A DNA stretch of 64,000 bases from Clostridia bacterium (GTDB taxonomy: Bacteria > Bacillota > Clostridia > Oscillospirales > CAG-272), in the NCBI GenBank assembly GCA_017504625.1, contig JAFVQU010000011.1, forward strand, positions 10,035-74,034, read 5' to 3'. Positions 43,522 through 53,646 of this stretch are shown in pieces. The position numbers and the translations under genes are program-made. The notes beneath the pieces were generated by a model. It searched no databases and was not told the origin of the DNA. It saw nothing but the letters and a program-made list of their open reading frames with translations. Each line of letters opens with the position of its first letter. Position 1 is the first letter of the stretch.

Positions 43522-44697
43522 TCAGAATATCATTACCACAGCGGTAAGTATAGCGAGGAACGCAAAGTTGAACGCCGAGAAAAGTCCAATGTAATAAAGA
43601 GTTTTACCCTTTACGTGACTTGTGTATTCGCGGAAGGTAATAAGACTTGCAAGTGATGAGATAAGCGTGCCCGCACCGCCGATATTGACGCCAAGAAGAA
43701 GCTCGCGGTAATTTTCTGTGAACTCCGAGAGGAGAATCGCGCTCGGCACGTTACTTATAAACTGGCAGGAGAATATCGCCGTCAAAAGAGTGTTCTTTTC
43801 AAGCAACGAGGAGAAGAAGGAGCTTACTGCGCCGATCCTCGATACGTTACCTGCGAGCAGGAAGAACGCCACGAAGGTGAGGAGCAAGGAATAATCAACC
43901 TTTTTAAGAGCATCTCTATCCTCCAAGAATACTGCAAGGAAAATAACAGGCAGACAAACGTAATAAGGGATAAGTCTGAACACCATTACGATAGTAAACG
44001 CAAAAAGCACGAGGTTGAACGCGGTTCTTTTCTTTGGTAGAATTGATACCTCCTTGCTCTCAAGCTGCATCTCTTCCTTGGGGAAGAAGATCAGACAGCA
44101 GAGGGTGAAAAGCACGATAGAAAGCGCGAAGGAAAGGAGCATAATGCTCATAAACTCGCCCGTAGGGATGCCGAACTTGGTGTAAAGATAAAGGTTCTGA
44201 GGATTTCCGAAGGGTGTAAGCATGCCTCCGAGATTTGCCGCAATGTTCTGTAGAATGAAGATAGGCGCCATGTATTTCTCCTTGCCCGTCGACGAGAGCG
44301 CGACGTAGCCAAGAGGAAGAAACGTAAGTAAAGCCATATCGTTCGCAATGAACATTGAGCCGATAAAGGTTATGTAAACGAGGGTAAGCGAGAGCGTTCT
44401 GATATTGCCTGCAGTGCATACGATCTTTCTTGCAACGATGGTGAAGAATTTGATGTTCTTGAGCGCGCAGATCACCGCAAGAGTGCAGAAAAGGCAGGAA
44501 AGTGTTTTAAAATCAAAATATCCAAGATATTGCGCGTCGGGCTTTACGATAAAGCAGGATGCGATAGCAAGAGTCCACGCGATAACGAGAACGATATTCG
44601 CCGATGCGAATTCCTTCGTTGCGTTGACAATAGCGAACGCGTGCGAGCGGAGGTCTATCCGCTTTCTTGGATTTCTCGGTGCTGTTAAAATGTTCAT
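43522..44697 (-). CDS. ArsB/NhaD-superfamily (citrate-transporter-like / SLC13-like) permease
   Basis: 391-aa polytopic protein. The family assignment is from overall resemblance only. Confidence 0.5.
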   Translation of the reverse strand: MNILTAPRNPRKRIDLRSHAFAIVNATKEFASANIVLVIAWTLAIASCFIVKPDAQYLGYFDFKTLSCLFCTLAVICALKNIKFFTIVARKIVCTAGNIRTLSLTLVYITFIGSMFIANDMALLTFLPLGYVALSSTGKEKYMAPIFILQNIAANLGGMLTPFGNPQNLYLYTKFGIPTGEFMSIMLLSFALSIVLFTLCCLIFFPKEEMQLESKEVSILPKKRTAFNLVLFAFTIVMVFRLIPYYVCLPVIFLAVFLEDRDALKKVDYSLLLTFVAFFLLAGNVSRIGAVSSFFSSLLEKNTLLTAIFSCQFISNVPSAILLSEFTENYRELLLGVNIGGAGTLISSLASLITFREYTSHVKGKTLYYIGLFSAFNFAFLAILTAVVMIF

Positions 44698-44835
44698 AAA
44701 AGAATATACCCTTCGTTAAATTCGTCTAAATTACCAAACAGAGAGTATATCATTAAATACAAGACTTGTCAATCAACAAAAATACGAATATATATGTCTT
44801 ATACATATATTTTTTGTCTATTTTAATATACCGAA

Positions 44836-44863
44836 GAAAAAACGCCTCCGAGGAGGCGTTTTT
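44836..44863. terminator. intrinsic terminator (bidirectional shape)
   Basis: aaaaaacgcctcc-gag-ggaggcgttttt. Confidence 0.8.
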
Positions 44864-44867
44864 GTCA

Positions 44868-45533
44868 TCATTTTTTACCGTATTTTCTGCGTCTTTTAAC
44901 GACCGAATATATCATTGCGGCAGAGCCGAGAGCAATAATACCAACTCCAATAAGTATTGCGCAGTTGCGGAAGAATTCCTCGGGAAGCACCATTATTATC
45001 TCGTCTGTCCAAGGGTCAAACGTCCAGTTGTCTTTGCCGGGAAAGAAGATCTTGTGGAAGATCACAAACGCGCGGCTGAAATCGGTCGCTATGAGCAGAC
45101 CGAGGCAGGACGGAATAAGTATCGCACCAAGCCCCGAATAAAAAAGCGGATGGTAGGTGCCAAGCTCACAAAGCTCAACCTTTTTGTGCCTTTTGAGAAT
45201 AAATATAGCTATTACGATTACTGCCGAGATAAGAAGAACCGTTGCGTTGAGGTCAAAAAGTGCTTTACAATCAACGAAATGATCCTTGCCCGATTCGGAA
45301 TAAAGCATCGCGCCCGCACCGAATTCACGTCCCGGCAATGTGAGATAGTCAAGCACCTCGTTGTATGCCTCAATTATCTCGGCTTTGGTGTATCCGCTCA
45401 TAAGATCAAGATCCATCGCGGGAATGTGAGCGTAATAAAAGGGACGGAAATATATCGGCAGTCCTATTGATATCGTGATGATGAGCAGTAGAGCCGCGAC
45501 CGAAAAGAGAATTGAAATAAGCTTTTGTTTCAT
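44868..45533 (-). CDS. TIGR01906/DUF1461 membrane protein (Lit, lipoprotein intramolecular transacylase-like)
   Basis: N-terminal TM, then IYFRPFYYAHI...YTKAEIIEAYNEVLDYL...GKDHFVDCKALF, and 3 C-terminal TM segments. Confidence 0.7.
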   Translation of the reverse strand: MKQKLISILFSVAALLLIITISIGLPIYFRPFYYAHIPAMDLDLMSGYTKAEIIEAYNEVLDYLTLPGREFGAGAMLYSESGKDHFVDCKALFDLNATVLLISAVIVIAIFILKRHKKVELCELGTYHPLFYSGLGAILIPSCLGLLIATDFSRAFVIFHKIFFPGKDNWTFDPWTDEIIMVLPEEFFRNCAILIGVGIIALGSAAMIYSVVKRRRKYGKK

Positions 45534-45544
45534 TCCATCTCACC

Positions 45545-46369
45545 TCAGTCAAGATTCTCAAATATCGGATGCTCCGAAAGAGCGTGAGCCCTGTCGTATT
45601 CCTCGCGCGACCTTGCCGTCCAGATGAATTTCTCGGCATTGTAAAGCTTTGTAGTAAGCCATACGGGGAAAGAGCTTCTGTCCTCAATGTTGTAAGCGAT
45701 GAAATCGGGACGGGCAAGGAAATTGAAGCCCATCAACGTGAGAATAATATTGAGCGCGCTCTTTTTCTTTTTGTCACGAACAACGTTGGTGTAAAGCTGA
45801 CCGTAAAATACGTCGGGCATAAGCTTTCTCATGTTTTTGATAAGCAATGGGTTGAAGGATTCAATACAATAATCACCCTCATAGCTCTTGAGTATCTCCG
45901 CAACCTTCGGACAAAGCGATGAGTCAAAGCTTTCACCCTTAAGCTCTATAAGGAGCGGCACTCTGCCGTTAACAAGAGAAAGAACCTCGGCAAAGGAGGG
46001 TATTTTTTGCTCGGTATTTGCAAGTGAGAGCTTTTGAAGCTCTGCCGCGTCGTATTCGGCTACCTTGCCGTCCTTACCCGTCATACGAATAAGCGTGTAG
46101 TCGTGGAAAACCATTACAACACCGTCGCGAGAGAGCTGAACGTCAAGCTCGATTCCGTAGCCCGCTTGACAAGCCTTCTCAAACGCCGAGAGGGAGTTTT
46201 CGGGTGTGTCGCCCGTGTTGCCGTCGTGCAGACCGCGGTGTGCATAACCGCAAAGCAGAGAAGTGCTCTGCGGCTTTCCCGCTCTCGGTCTTACGAAAAT
46301 AAGAGCGTAGAGCAGGAAAATCAAAGCCACGAGGGAAATAACTGATGCCAAAATATAAACGAATATCAT
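45545..46369 (-). CDS. membrane-anchored glycerophosphodiester phosphodiesterase
   Basis: YAHRGLH, ENSLSAFEKA, GIELDVQLSRDGVVMVFHD. Confidence 0.88.
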   Translation of the reverse strand: MIFVYILASVISLVALIFLLYALIFVRPRAGKPQSTSLLCGYAHRGLHDGNTGDTPENSLSAFEKACQAGYGIELDVQLSRDGVVMVFHDYTLIRMTGKDGKVAEYDAAELQKLSLANTEQKIPSFAEVLSLVNGRVPLLIELKGESFDSSLCPKVAEILKSYEGDYCIESFNPLLIKNMRKLMPDVFYGQLYTNVVRDKKKKSALNIILTLMGFNFLARPDFIAYNIEDRSSFPVWLTTKLYNAEKFIWTARSREEYDRAHALSEHPIFENLD

Positions 46370-46370
46370 A

Positions 46371-47870
46371 TCAATCGTCTACGTCAAGGCTCTCAAGAGC
46401 GCTTTTTTTCTGCAAGGGCTTGGAATCTCCGTGCTTAACGAAGAACATTGTTACGAACGAAAGAGCAACGAAGAGTGTACCGAATGCGAAGAACATGATT
46501 CTCATGCCGAAAATGTCGTAGAGGAATCCCGAGAGAATAGGAGCAACTATCTGCGCCGCCATTGACGCGGTGTAGTAATAGCCTGTATACTTACCGACGT
46601 CGCCGCCGCGTGCAAGCTCAACTACCATCGGGAATGAGTTTACGTTGATGGTAGCCCAGCCCATTCCCGCAAGAATGAACACGGGGTACATTATAAGCTC
46701 GGGAGAGCTTGAGGTTATAAAATTACCGATAAAGAACGCCGACGTAAGCATGATTATACCCGCAAGAATAGTCTTTCTTCTGCCGACCTTCGACGCGATT
46801 ATACCTACGGGAATGTAGGAAACGATAGCAGCCGCCTGAGCGACGATGAGCGTTATATTGAAGTCAAATCCGAGAATGTTTGTTGCGTATACCGAATATT
46901 TGCTCGTTATCGAGTTGTAGCCGATATACCAAAGCGCAACCGATGCGAGAATGAGGATGAGCGAGGAGAATTCACCCCTTGAAAGCTTACGGTCGTCTGC
47001 CCCTTCTCCCGTAACGGAAGATCCTTCAAGACCTAGCCTTACCGAATCCTCTTCCATTTCTGCCGCCCACTTCTTTTCCTTGACCGTGATCATAAATATG
47101 ATAAGACCCGTGAGCATAATGGCAACTACTGCGAATACGTATCCGATGTATTGCATACTAAGCTTGCTTGTCTGGAAAGCCTTACCAAGCACCAGAACGA
47201 GAATACCGCCTGCGGTTCCCATAAGGTTGATGATGGCGTTACCCTTTGAACGCAAGGGCTTTACCGTAACGTCAGGCATAAGTGCAACCGCGGGAGAGCG
47301 GAAGGTCGCCATAGAAACAAGAACGAGAAGAAGAACGCCGATAAATGAAACGAGAGGCCAGATGTTCTGGAGTGTCATTTCAATAACGTCGGCTCTTATT
47401 GCATCGACCTGAGCGTTAACAGCCTCAATAGTCTTGTTGGCAATCTCCATAGCAACGTTATCTCCGGCTGCCTTTGCAGCCTTAAGAGCGTCCTTTGCAT
47501 TGTCAAGCAGAGCTTGCGCGGCTGAGTATCTGTCGTGAATTCCCGCATCAATCAGAGCGTTGAACTGAATTGTATCAACGAATGCAAGGAAAATGAATGA
47601 TGCAACTGCAGCAATCGTACCAATGAGGATGAAGGGAGTTCTGCGTCCGAGCCTCTTGGCACATAATTTGTCGGAAATTGCGCCGAAAATCGGTAGCATA
47701 AATACGGCAAGTACGTTATCAATAGACATTACCGCGCCCGACGCGGTCTGGGGAAGACCAAAATGGTTTGTGAGGATAAGCGGAACTATCGCGTCATACG
47801 CCTGCCAGAAGGCAGAGATGAGAAAGAACGCAAATCCCACGAGAATCGTGCGTTTGTAGTTGAGTTTCAT
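46371..47870 (-). CDS. MFS transporter with a long central helical loop
   Basis: 12-TM-type sequence. The ATG at 47870 is preferred over the TTG at 47885. About 90-aa hydrophilic insert (DAGIHDRYSAAQALLDNAKDALKAAKAAGD...). Confidence 0.75.
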   Translation of the reverse strand: MKLNYKRTILVGFAFFLISAFWQAYDAIVPLILTNHFGLPQTASGAVMSIDNVLAVFMLPIFGAISDKLCAKRLGRRTPFILIGTIAAVASFIFLAFVDTIQFNALIDAGIHDRYSAAQALLDNAKDALKAAKAAGDNVAMEIANKTIEAVNAQVDAIRADVIEMTLQNIWPLVSFIGVLLLVLVSMATFRSPAVALMPDVTVKPLRSKGNAIINLMGTAGGILVLVLGKAFQTSKLSMQYIGYVFAVVAIMLTGLIIFMITVKEKKWAAEMEEDSVRLGLEGSSVTGEGADDRKLSRGEFSSLILILASVALWYIGYNSITSKYSVYATNILGFDFNITLIVAQAAAIVSYIPVGIIASKVGRRKTILAGIIMLTSAFFIGNFITSSSPELIMYPVFILAGMGWATINVNSFPMVVELARGGDVGKYTGYYYTASMAAQIVAPILSGFLYDIFGMRIMFFAFGTLFVALSFVTMFFVKHGDSKPLQKKSALESLDVDD

Positions 47871-48137
47871 AGTTTTACCTTTCAATCACATTTATAGACG
47901 TATCGTTGACGCGTTACCGTCAATTAATACTGTCAAATATTAGTATAACACATATTGTAAGGAAAATCAAGCGAAAAAAGTCTTAAAAAATATTATTATG
48001 GAAGCAGTTAACAATTAAACGCCTATAATCTTATTGGGCTTAAATCAAAAAAACGTTAATTTTAATGCCGGTAAAAATATAGGCGTCAACTAAAGACCTC
48101 GAAAAATATTAAAAATCTAAAAAAAACCAAAAAAGTA

Positions 48138-48166
48138 TTGACTGGAACGGTTTTTAGGTGTATAAT
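48138..48166 (+). promoter_or_regulatory. SigA-type promoter
   Basis: TTGACT, 17-nt spacer, TATAAT. Confidence 0.7.
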
Positions 48167-48201
48167 ATATCCAACAAAATATTCCGAAAAGGAGAAGAAC
48201 A

Positions 48202-48915
48202 ATGAAAAAGATTGTTATTTTAGTTTTGGCGGCAGTTCTCATGCTCGGTTTGGTTGCTTGCACACAGCCCGCAAATACAAATGATCCCGATGCAGAGCTC
48301 AACAAGAAGTCTGAGGGTGTTATGACCTATGCTGAGTACATGGCAGCGGCAGTTGATGCTGAGGTAGTTATCGAGGCGTACGTTCAGGGCAATCAGTCCT
48401 GGTGGGATAATAAGATCACTCTCTATCTTCAGGACCTTGACGGTGGCTACTTCGCATACGAGGTTGCTTGCTCCGAGACAGATGCAGCAAAGCTTACCAA
48501 GGGAACCAAGGTAAAGATCAGCGGCGTTAAGGGCGACTGGAAGGGCGAGATTGAGGTAATGAACGGTACGATCGAGATCCTTGAGGGTACTTGGGTAGCA
48601 GAGGCGACCGATGTGACCGCATATCTCGGCACCGACGAGCTTATCAAGCACCAGAACAAGTTTGTTACAATAAAGGACTTGACCATCGCAGCTATCACCT
48701 ACAAGAACGGTGAGCCCGGCGATGATATTTACGTTGATTTCACTAAGGACGGCAAGACCTACAGCTTCTGCGTAGAGAGATACCTTACCGGGCCCGAGAC
48801 CGACGTTTACAAGGCGTTCGCAACCCTTCAGGTTGGTGACGTTGTTGATATCGAAGGCTTCCTTTACTGGTATGATGCTGCGAACACTCACATCACCGCA
48901 GTTGTAAAGAAGTAA
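48202..48915 (+). CDS. lipoprotein, unknown function
   Basis: RBS aaaggagaagaacaATG. Lipobox MLGLVACTQ. Confidence 0.8.
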   Translation: MKKIVILVLAAVLMLGLVACTQPANTNDPDAELNKKSEGVMTYAEYMAAAVDAEVVIEAYVQGNQSWWDNKITLYLQDLDGGYFAYEVACSETDAAKLTKGTKVKISGVKGDWKGEIEVMNGTIEILEGTWVAEATDVTAYLGTDELIKHQNKFVTIKDLTIAAITYKNGEPGDDIYVDFTKDGKTYSFCVERYLTGPETDVYKAFATLQVGDVVDIEGFLYWYDAANTHITAVVKK

Positions 48916-48931
48916 TCAATCGCTTTATTAT

Positions 48932-48960
48932 AAAACCCCGACGGCAAGTCGGGGTTTTTT
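48932..48960 (+). terminator. intrinsic terminator
   Basis: aaaaccccgac-ggcaa-gtcggggtttttt. Confidence 0.85.
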
Positions 48961-48985
48961 GATGCTTAAAATTTGGCAAATTCTA

Positions 48986-49014
48986 TTGAATATAGGAATA
49001 ATTTGTGATATAAT
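48986..49014 (+). promoter_or_regulatory. SigA-type promoter of the ABC operon
   Basis: TTGAAT, 17-nt spacer, TGaTATAAT. Confidence 0.65.
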
Positions 49015-49050
49015 TAATTCGATACAAGAATTTTTCTGTGTGAGGATGCT

Positions 49051-49944
49051 ATGAAGAAAAATAACTTAAAGGCGTGGCTGTATCTTTTGCCGGCGATACT
49101 CTTTATCGGGGCGTTTATGATATACCCTTTGGTAGACGTTTTTATATATTCGGTTGAGGAGGGATATAATTCGGTTTCTCAGACCCATTTGGGCGTGGGC
49201 GGATATAATTATGCCTACGTTATGCGAGATCCCAATTTCTTGCAGGCGGTCAAAAACACGCTTATACTCGTGTTTATAACTGTTCCGATCTCAACTGCGA
49301 TATCGCTTGTTATTTCGGTCGCTTTAAGCTCAATAAAAAAGCTGCGTAAGCTCTTCCAAACCGTGTATTTTCTTCCGTATGTCACGAATACGCTTGCCGT
49401 AGGTATGGTGTTTATGATACTCTTCAAACAGACCCCGTACAGTCCCGGATTTGCGAACCTTATTCTTTCGTGGTTAGGACAAGCTCCGGTCGACTTCATT
49501 TCGGGTCCGTATTGGGCAAAGATGCTTGTGCTTTGCGTATATACCATTTGGGTAGTTATGCCTTTTAAGATACTTGTTCTTACAAGCGCGCTTGCATCGG
49601 TAAACGAAGAATATTACAACGCCGCGCGCATCGACGGCGCCACGAAAACAAGAGTTTTCTTCAAGATAACGCTTCCTATGATATCCCCGATGCTTTTCTA
49701 TCTCGTGATTACGGGATTTATAGGCGCGTTTAAGGCGTATAGCGACGCGGTTGCAATTTTTGGAACAAATCTAAACGCCGCCGAAATGAATACGATAGTA
49801 GGCTACGTTTACGATATGCTTTACGGAGAGGGCGGAGGATATCCATCATTCGCGTCCGCGGCGGCAATAATTCTTTTCTGCATCGTGCTTACTATCACAT
49901 GCATCAACCTTATGGTGCGTAAAAAGCACGTCTATAACGGGTAA
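49051..49944 (+). CDS. carbohydrate-type ABC transporter permease (MalF/UgpA-like)
   Basis: 6 TM segments and an EAA-type loop (EEYYNAARIDGATKTRVFFKITLP). Confidence 0.85.
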   Translation: MKKNNLKAWLYLLPAILFIGAFMIYPLVDVFIYSVEEGYNSVSQTHLGVGGYNYAYVMRDPNFLQAVKNTLILVFITVPISTAISLVISVALSSIKKLRKLFQTVYFLPYVTNTLAVGMVFMILFKQTPYSPGFANLILSWLGQAPVDFISGPYWAKMLVLCVYTIWVVMPFKILVLTSALASVNEEYYNAARIDGATKTRVFFKITLPMISPMLFYLVITGFIGAFKAYSDAVAIFGTNLNAAEMNTIVGYVYDMLYGEGGGYPSFASAAAIILFCIVLTITCINLMVRKKHVYNG

Positions 49945-49956
49945 AGGAGGGTAGAT

Positions 49957-50835
49957 ATGAACAACAACGCTACTGATTTCGACCGTATCGAAAAAAGCGC
50001 AAGAGCGCGCAAAGCGGTCACGAAAACGCTCGTTTTTATCTTCCTCGGAATCTGGGCACTCGTCGTGCTTTTCCCGTTCTATTGGATGATATTGACCTCC
50101 TTCAAGGGCTACGGAGAGTATAACTCCGAGTTTATTCCCAAGCTCTTCACCCTGACACCTACCTTTGAAAACTATATCAAGGCGTTTACCGCCGTTCCTC
50201 TTGCAAAGTATTTTCTCAATACGCTTATTTTTACCGTGGCAACCACCGCGATAATGCTTATCGTTATCATTCCTGCGGCGTTTGCCTTTGCAAGACTTGA
50301 ATTCAAGGGAAAGAATTTTCTCTTTACGCTCTTTCTTTCGCTTATGATGATACCCAACGAGCTTGTTATCATCACCAATTTCGTAACCGTAACCAATCTC
50401 GACCTTCGCAATACCTTTACAGGACTTATTTTGCCGTCGGTCACCTCTATATTCTATATCTATCTTCTTCGCGAGAATTTCGCGCAGATACCCGACGAGC
50501 TTTACCATGCCGCAAAGGTTGACGGTACGTCGGACATGAAATATCTTTTCAAGGTAATGATGCCTATCTGCCGCCCGACTATCGTTACAATTGCGATACT
50601 CAAGGCTATCGAGTGCTGGAACTCTTACGTCTGGCCTCGTCTTATCACCGACGAGCAGGCGTATTACCTCGTTTCAAACGGTATACAAGAAATACGAGAA
50701 AACGGCTTTGGCCGTGATAATATTCCCGCGATGATGGCGGCGGTTGTTGTAATCTCCTTGCCGCTTATAGTACTTTTCCTCTGCTTCAGAAACAAGATAA
50801 TGGAGGGTATTGCGAGAGGAGGCACGAAGGGATGA
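49957..50835 (+). CDS. carbohydrate-type ABC transporter permease (MalG/UgpE-like)
   Basis: EAA loop DELYHAAKVDGTSDMKYLFKVMMP. Confidence 0.85.
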   Translation: MNNNATDFDRIEKSARARKAVTKTLVFIFLGIWALVVLFPFYWMILTSFKGYGEYNSEFIPKLFTLTPTFENYIKAFTAVPLAKYFLNTLIFTVATTAIMLIVIIPAAFAFARLEFKGKNFLFTLFLSLMMIPNELVIITNFVTVTNLDLRNTFTGLILPSVTSIFYIYLLRENFAQIPDELYHAAKVDGTSDMKYLFKVMMPICRPTIVTIAILKAIECWNSYVWPRLITDEQAYYLVSNGIQEIRENGFGRDNIPAMMAAVVVISLPLIVLFLCFRNKIMEGIARGGTKG

Positions 50836-52427
50836 GAATCTTCAAACGTCTAATAACCATGTTGCTCGCAATTACGCTTTTATCCTTGACCTTCGTAGCT
50901 TGTCACGCCAAGCGCAAGATGGAGCCGTTCGTTATGCCCGAGGAGTTTGATACCTCGCGTGAATACGAGATATCGTTCTGGGCGAAGAACGATACCAATA
51001 TGACGCAAGTCGGCATCTATCAAAAGGCAATAAAAGATTTTGAGGCTATTTATCCAAACGTCAAGGTCAAGCTTGAGCTGTATACCAATTACGCGGATAT
51101 ATATAAGGACGTTATAAATAACGTGATGACAGGGACAACCCCCAATGTTTGCATCACGTATCCTGACCATATTGCAACATATATGATGGGCGATAACGTT
51201 GTTGTTCCGCTTGATGAGCTGCTTGTTGATCAAAAATACGGATTGGGCGGAGATCGAATAGAATTCGATTCGCCTGCCTTGTCTGAAATGGTGCCCGAAT
51301 TTATGGAGGAGTGTAAAATAGGGGAAACCTATTACGCAATTCCTTATATGCGCTCAACAGAGGCGTGCTATATCAATAAGACCTTCGTCGAAAAGCTTGG
51401 ATATACCGTTCCCGACGTGCTGACCTGGGACTTTATCTTTGAGGTTTCCGCGGCGGCAATGGAAAAGAATGAGGACGGAACCTTCAAGGTCAACGGACAG
51501 GACGTGCTTATTCCGTTCATCTATAAGTCTACCGACAATATGATGATACAAATGCTCAAGCAAAAGGGAATCGATTACTCGACCCAAAACGGCGATATAC
51601 TGATGTTTAACGACGATACAAAGAACGTGCTTTATACTATTGCGGAAAGCGCTTCTATTAAGGCATTCAACACGTTTGCAAGAATCAGTTACCCCGCGAA
51701 TTATCTGAACGCGGGACAGTGTATCTTTGCCATTGATTCAACGGCAGGCGCAACATGGATGGGAAGTAACGCGCCTTTGCTTGACATTAGTGAGGATCAA
51801 CTCGTTCAGTTTGAAACCGCGGTGAGAATCGCTCCTCAATATGATGTGGAAAGTCCTCAGATGATCTCTCAGGGCCCCTCGATATGCGTATTTAATAAGG
51901 AAGACGATCAAGAGGTGCTCGCGTCTTGGATATTCGCGCAGTTTATGCTAACTAACAGTGTTCAGATTTCCTATGCGCAGACCGAGGGATATGTCCCTGT
52001 AACACTAAAGGCACAAAATAGCGCGGAGTATCAGGATTATCTCTCGCGTGAGGGTGAGAACAACGATTTCTATTACGACATAAAGCTTAAAGCAACCAAG
52101 CTTTTGCTTGATAATACCGAAAACACATTCGTAACGCCCGTATTCAACGGTTCAATGTCGCTTCGTAACGCGGCGGGAGAGCTTGTTGAAAAGGTCAATC
52201 TTTATGCCCGTCAGGGTAAGAAGGTGGACGACGCTTATTTTGACAGCTTGTTTGAAAGTGTTATTATAAATAATAAGCTCGACCAAAGACTTGGAATGTC
52301 AAGTAAGCGAGATCTCGGTGCGCTTCCGACTACCTCGGTAGTTCTTATCGCGGTCGTCGGTGCGGCGTGGCTCGTGATAGGAAGCTGCTACGTAGTGGGA
52401 CTTATAAAAGAGAAAAAGAAGAAATAG
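50832..52427 (+). CDS. extracellular solute-binding protein with N-terminal signal/lipobox-like Cys and an additional C-terminal TM anchor
   Basis: LSLTFVACHA at the N-terminus. SBP_bac_1-like body. C-terminal LPTTSVVLIAVVGAAWLVIGSCYVVGLIKEKKKK. Confidence 0.8.
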   Translation: MRIFKRLITMLLAITLLSLTFVACHAKRKMEPFVMPEEFDTSREYEISFWAKNDTNMTQVGIYQKAIKDFEAIYPNVKVKLELYTNYADIYKDVINNVMTGTTPNVCITYPDHIATYMMGDNVVVPLDELLVDQKYGLGGDRIEFDSPALSEMVPEFMEECKIGETYYAIPYMRSTEACYINKTFVEKLGYTVPDVLTWDFIFEVSAAAMEKNEDGTFKVNGQDVLIPFIYKSTDNMMIQMLKQKGIDYSTQNGDILMFNDDTKNVLYTIAESASIKAFNTFARISYPANYLNAGQCIFAIDSTAGATWMGSNAPLLDISEDQLVQFETAVRIAPQYDVESPQMISQGPSICVFNKEDDQEVLASWIFAQFMLTNSVQISYAQTEGYVPVTLKAQNSAEYQDYLSREGENNDFYYDIKLKATKLLLDNTENTFVTPVFNGSMSLRNAAGELVEKVNLYARQGKKVDDAYFDSLFESVIINNKLDQRLGMSSKRDLGALPTTSVVLIAVVGAAWLVIGSCYVVGLIKEKKKK

Positions 52428-52460
52428 TCATTAATTTATTTGTTAAAGGAGGATATTATT

Positions 52461-53225
52461 ATGAATCGTTTGGAAGGTAAGGTTGCCATCATTACGGGTG
52501 GAAATTCGGGCGTCGGCGCGGCTACGGCACTCAAATTCTCATCTGAGGGCGCAAAGGTAGTAATTACAGCTCGCCGTGAGGCTCAACTTGAGGAGGTCGC
52601 TGCGATGATCCGAGAGGCGGGAGGCGAGGTTCTTCCCGTAGTCAGCGATATCTCGAAGCCCGAGGACGCAAAGAGAGTAGTTGCTGAAACACTCGCTAAA
52701 TTCGGCAAGGTCGACGTTCTTATCAACAACGCAGGCGTGCTTGATAAAGGACTTAAGGCGATTGATAGCGTGACCGACGAGGATATGGATAAGGTTATCG
52801 ATATCAACACAAAGGGAACTATGTGTATGACTCGCGAGGTTACCGTGGAAATGGCAAAGACGGGCTACGGCTCTATCGTCAACGTTGCATCGGTTGCAGG
52901 TGTAATGGGCTGCGGCGGTGCGGCTTACGTCGCATCCAAGGCGGCAATAATCGGTCTTACAAGACACACCGCGCTTCGTTTTGCGGGTACTAACGTACGT
53001 TGCAACTCGATCTGTCCCGGCACGATAGTAACCCCTATGGTTGCAGGTATGAATCCTGCTAATATGGATATGAACATTTTCGGTCAAATGATGAAGCATA
53101 ACGACCTCAAGGTTCAGCCTTGTATGCCCGACGACGTTGCGAATATGCTTTTGTTTTTCGCGTCGGACGAATCCCGAGCTATCACAGGTCAGTCGATAGT
53201 AACCGACTTTGGTTCAACGCTCTGA
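52461..53225 (+). CDS. SDR-family oxidoreductase
   Basis: AGGAGG, then ATG at 52461. TGGNSGVG, NNAG, YVASKAA. Confidence 0.88.
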   Translation: MNRLEGKVAIITGGNSGVGAATALKFSSEGAKVVITARREAQLEEVAAMIREAGGEVLPVVSDISKPEDAKRVVAETLAKFGKVDVLINNAGVLDKGLKAIDSVTDEDMDKVIDINTKGTMCMTREVTVEMAKTGYGSIVNVASVAGVMGCGGAAYVASKAAIIGLTRHTALRFAGTNVRCNSICPGTIVTPMVAGMNPANMDMNIFGQMMKHNDLKVQPCMPDDVANMLLFFASDESRAITGQSIVTDFGSTL

Positions 53226-53233
53226 AGCGTATA

Positions 53234-53272
53234 AAAAATCCCCCGATTCAATTTGGATCGGGGGATGCTTTT
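53234..53272 (+). terminator. intrinsic terminator
   Basis: atcccccgat-tcaatttgg-atcgggggat, then gctttt. Confidence 0.75.
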
Positions 53273-53337
53273 ACGTTTGTCAGATTATGAGAAAAAACGT
53301 ATTGAGAAAAAATATTTTGAAAAGTTTATAAAAGGGG

Positions 53338-53366
53338 TTGACAAAGGATAATAATTGTGGTATAAT
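53338..53366 (+). promoter_or_regulatory. SigA-type promoter of the tRNA-Leu/tRNA-fMet pair
   Basis: TTGACA, 17-nt spacer, TGgTATAAT. Confidence 0.75.
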
Positions 53367-53412
53367 AACTTTTGCGAGCCGATACGGGAGTCCATAACGG
53401 TCGTCCAAGAAT

Positions 53413-53501
53413 GCCGGTGTGGCGGAATTGGCAGACGCCCGGGACTTAAAATCCCGTGATACGAGAGTATCGTACCGGTTCGAGACCGGTCACCGGCACC
53501 A
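53413..53501 (+). tRNA. tRNA-Leu (anticodon UAA), class II, CCA encoded
   Basis: Acceptor gccggtg/caccggc, anticodon stem cggga/tcccg with loop CTTAAAA, variable arm gatac-gaga-gtatc, T arm accgg-ttcgaga-ccggt. Confidence 0.9.
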
Positions 53502-53523
53502 CAATTGTGGTAAAATTAAATAT

Positions 53524-53601
<78 letters not shown>

Positions 53602-53603
53602 AA

Positions 53604-53644
53604 AAAGAAGTAACTTTTGTCTACCAAAAGTTACTTCTTTTTTT
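53604..53644 (+). terminator. strong intrinsic terminator after the tRNA pair
   Basis: 16-bp stem aaagaagtaacttttg / caaaagttacttcttt, then tttt. Confidence 0.88.
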
Positions 53645-53646
53645 AT

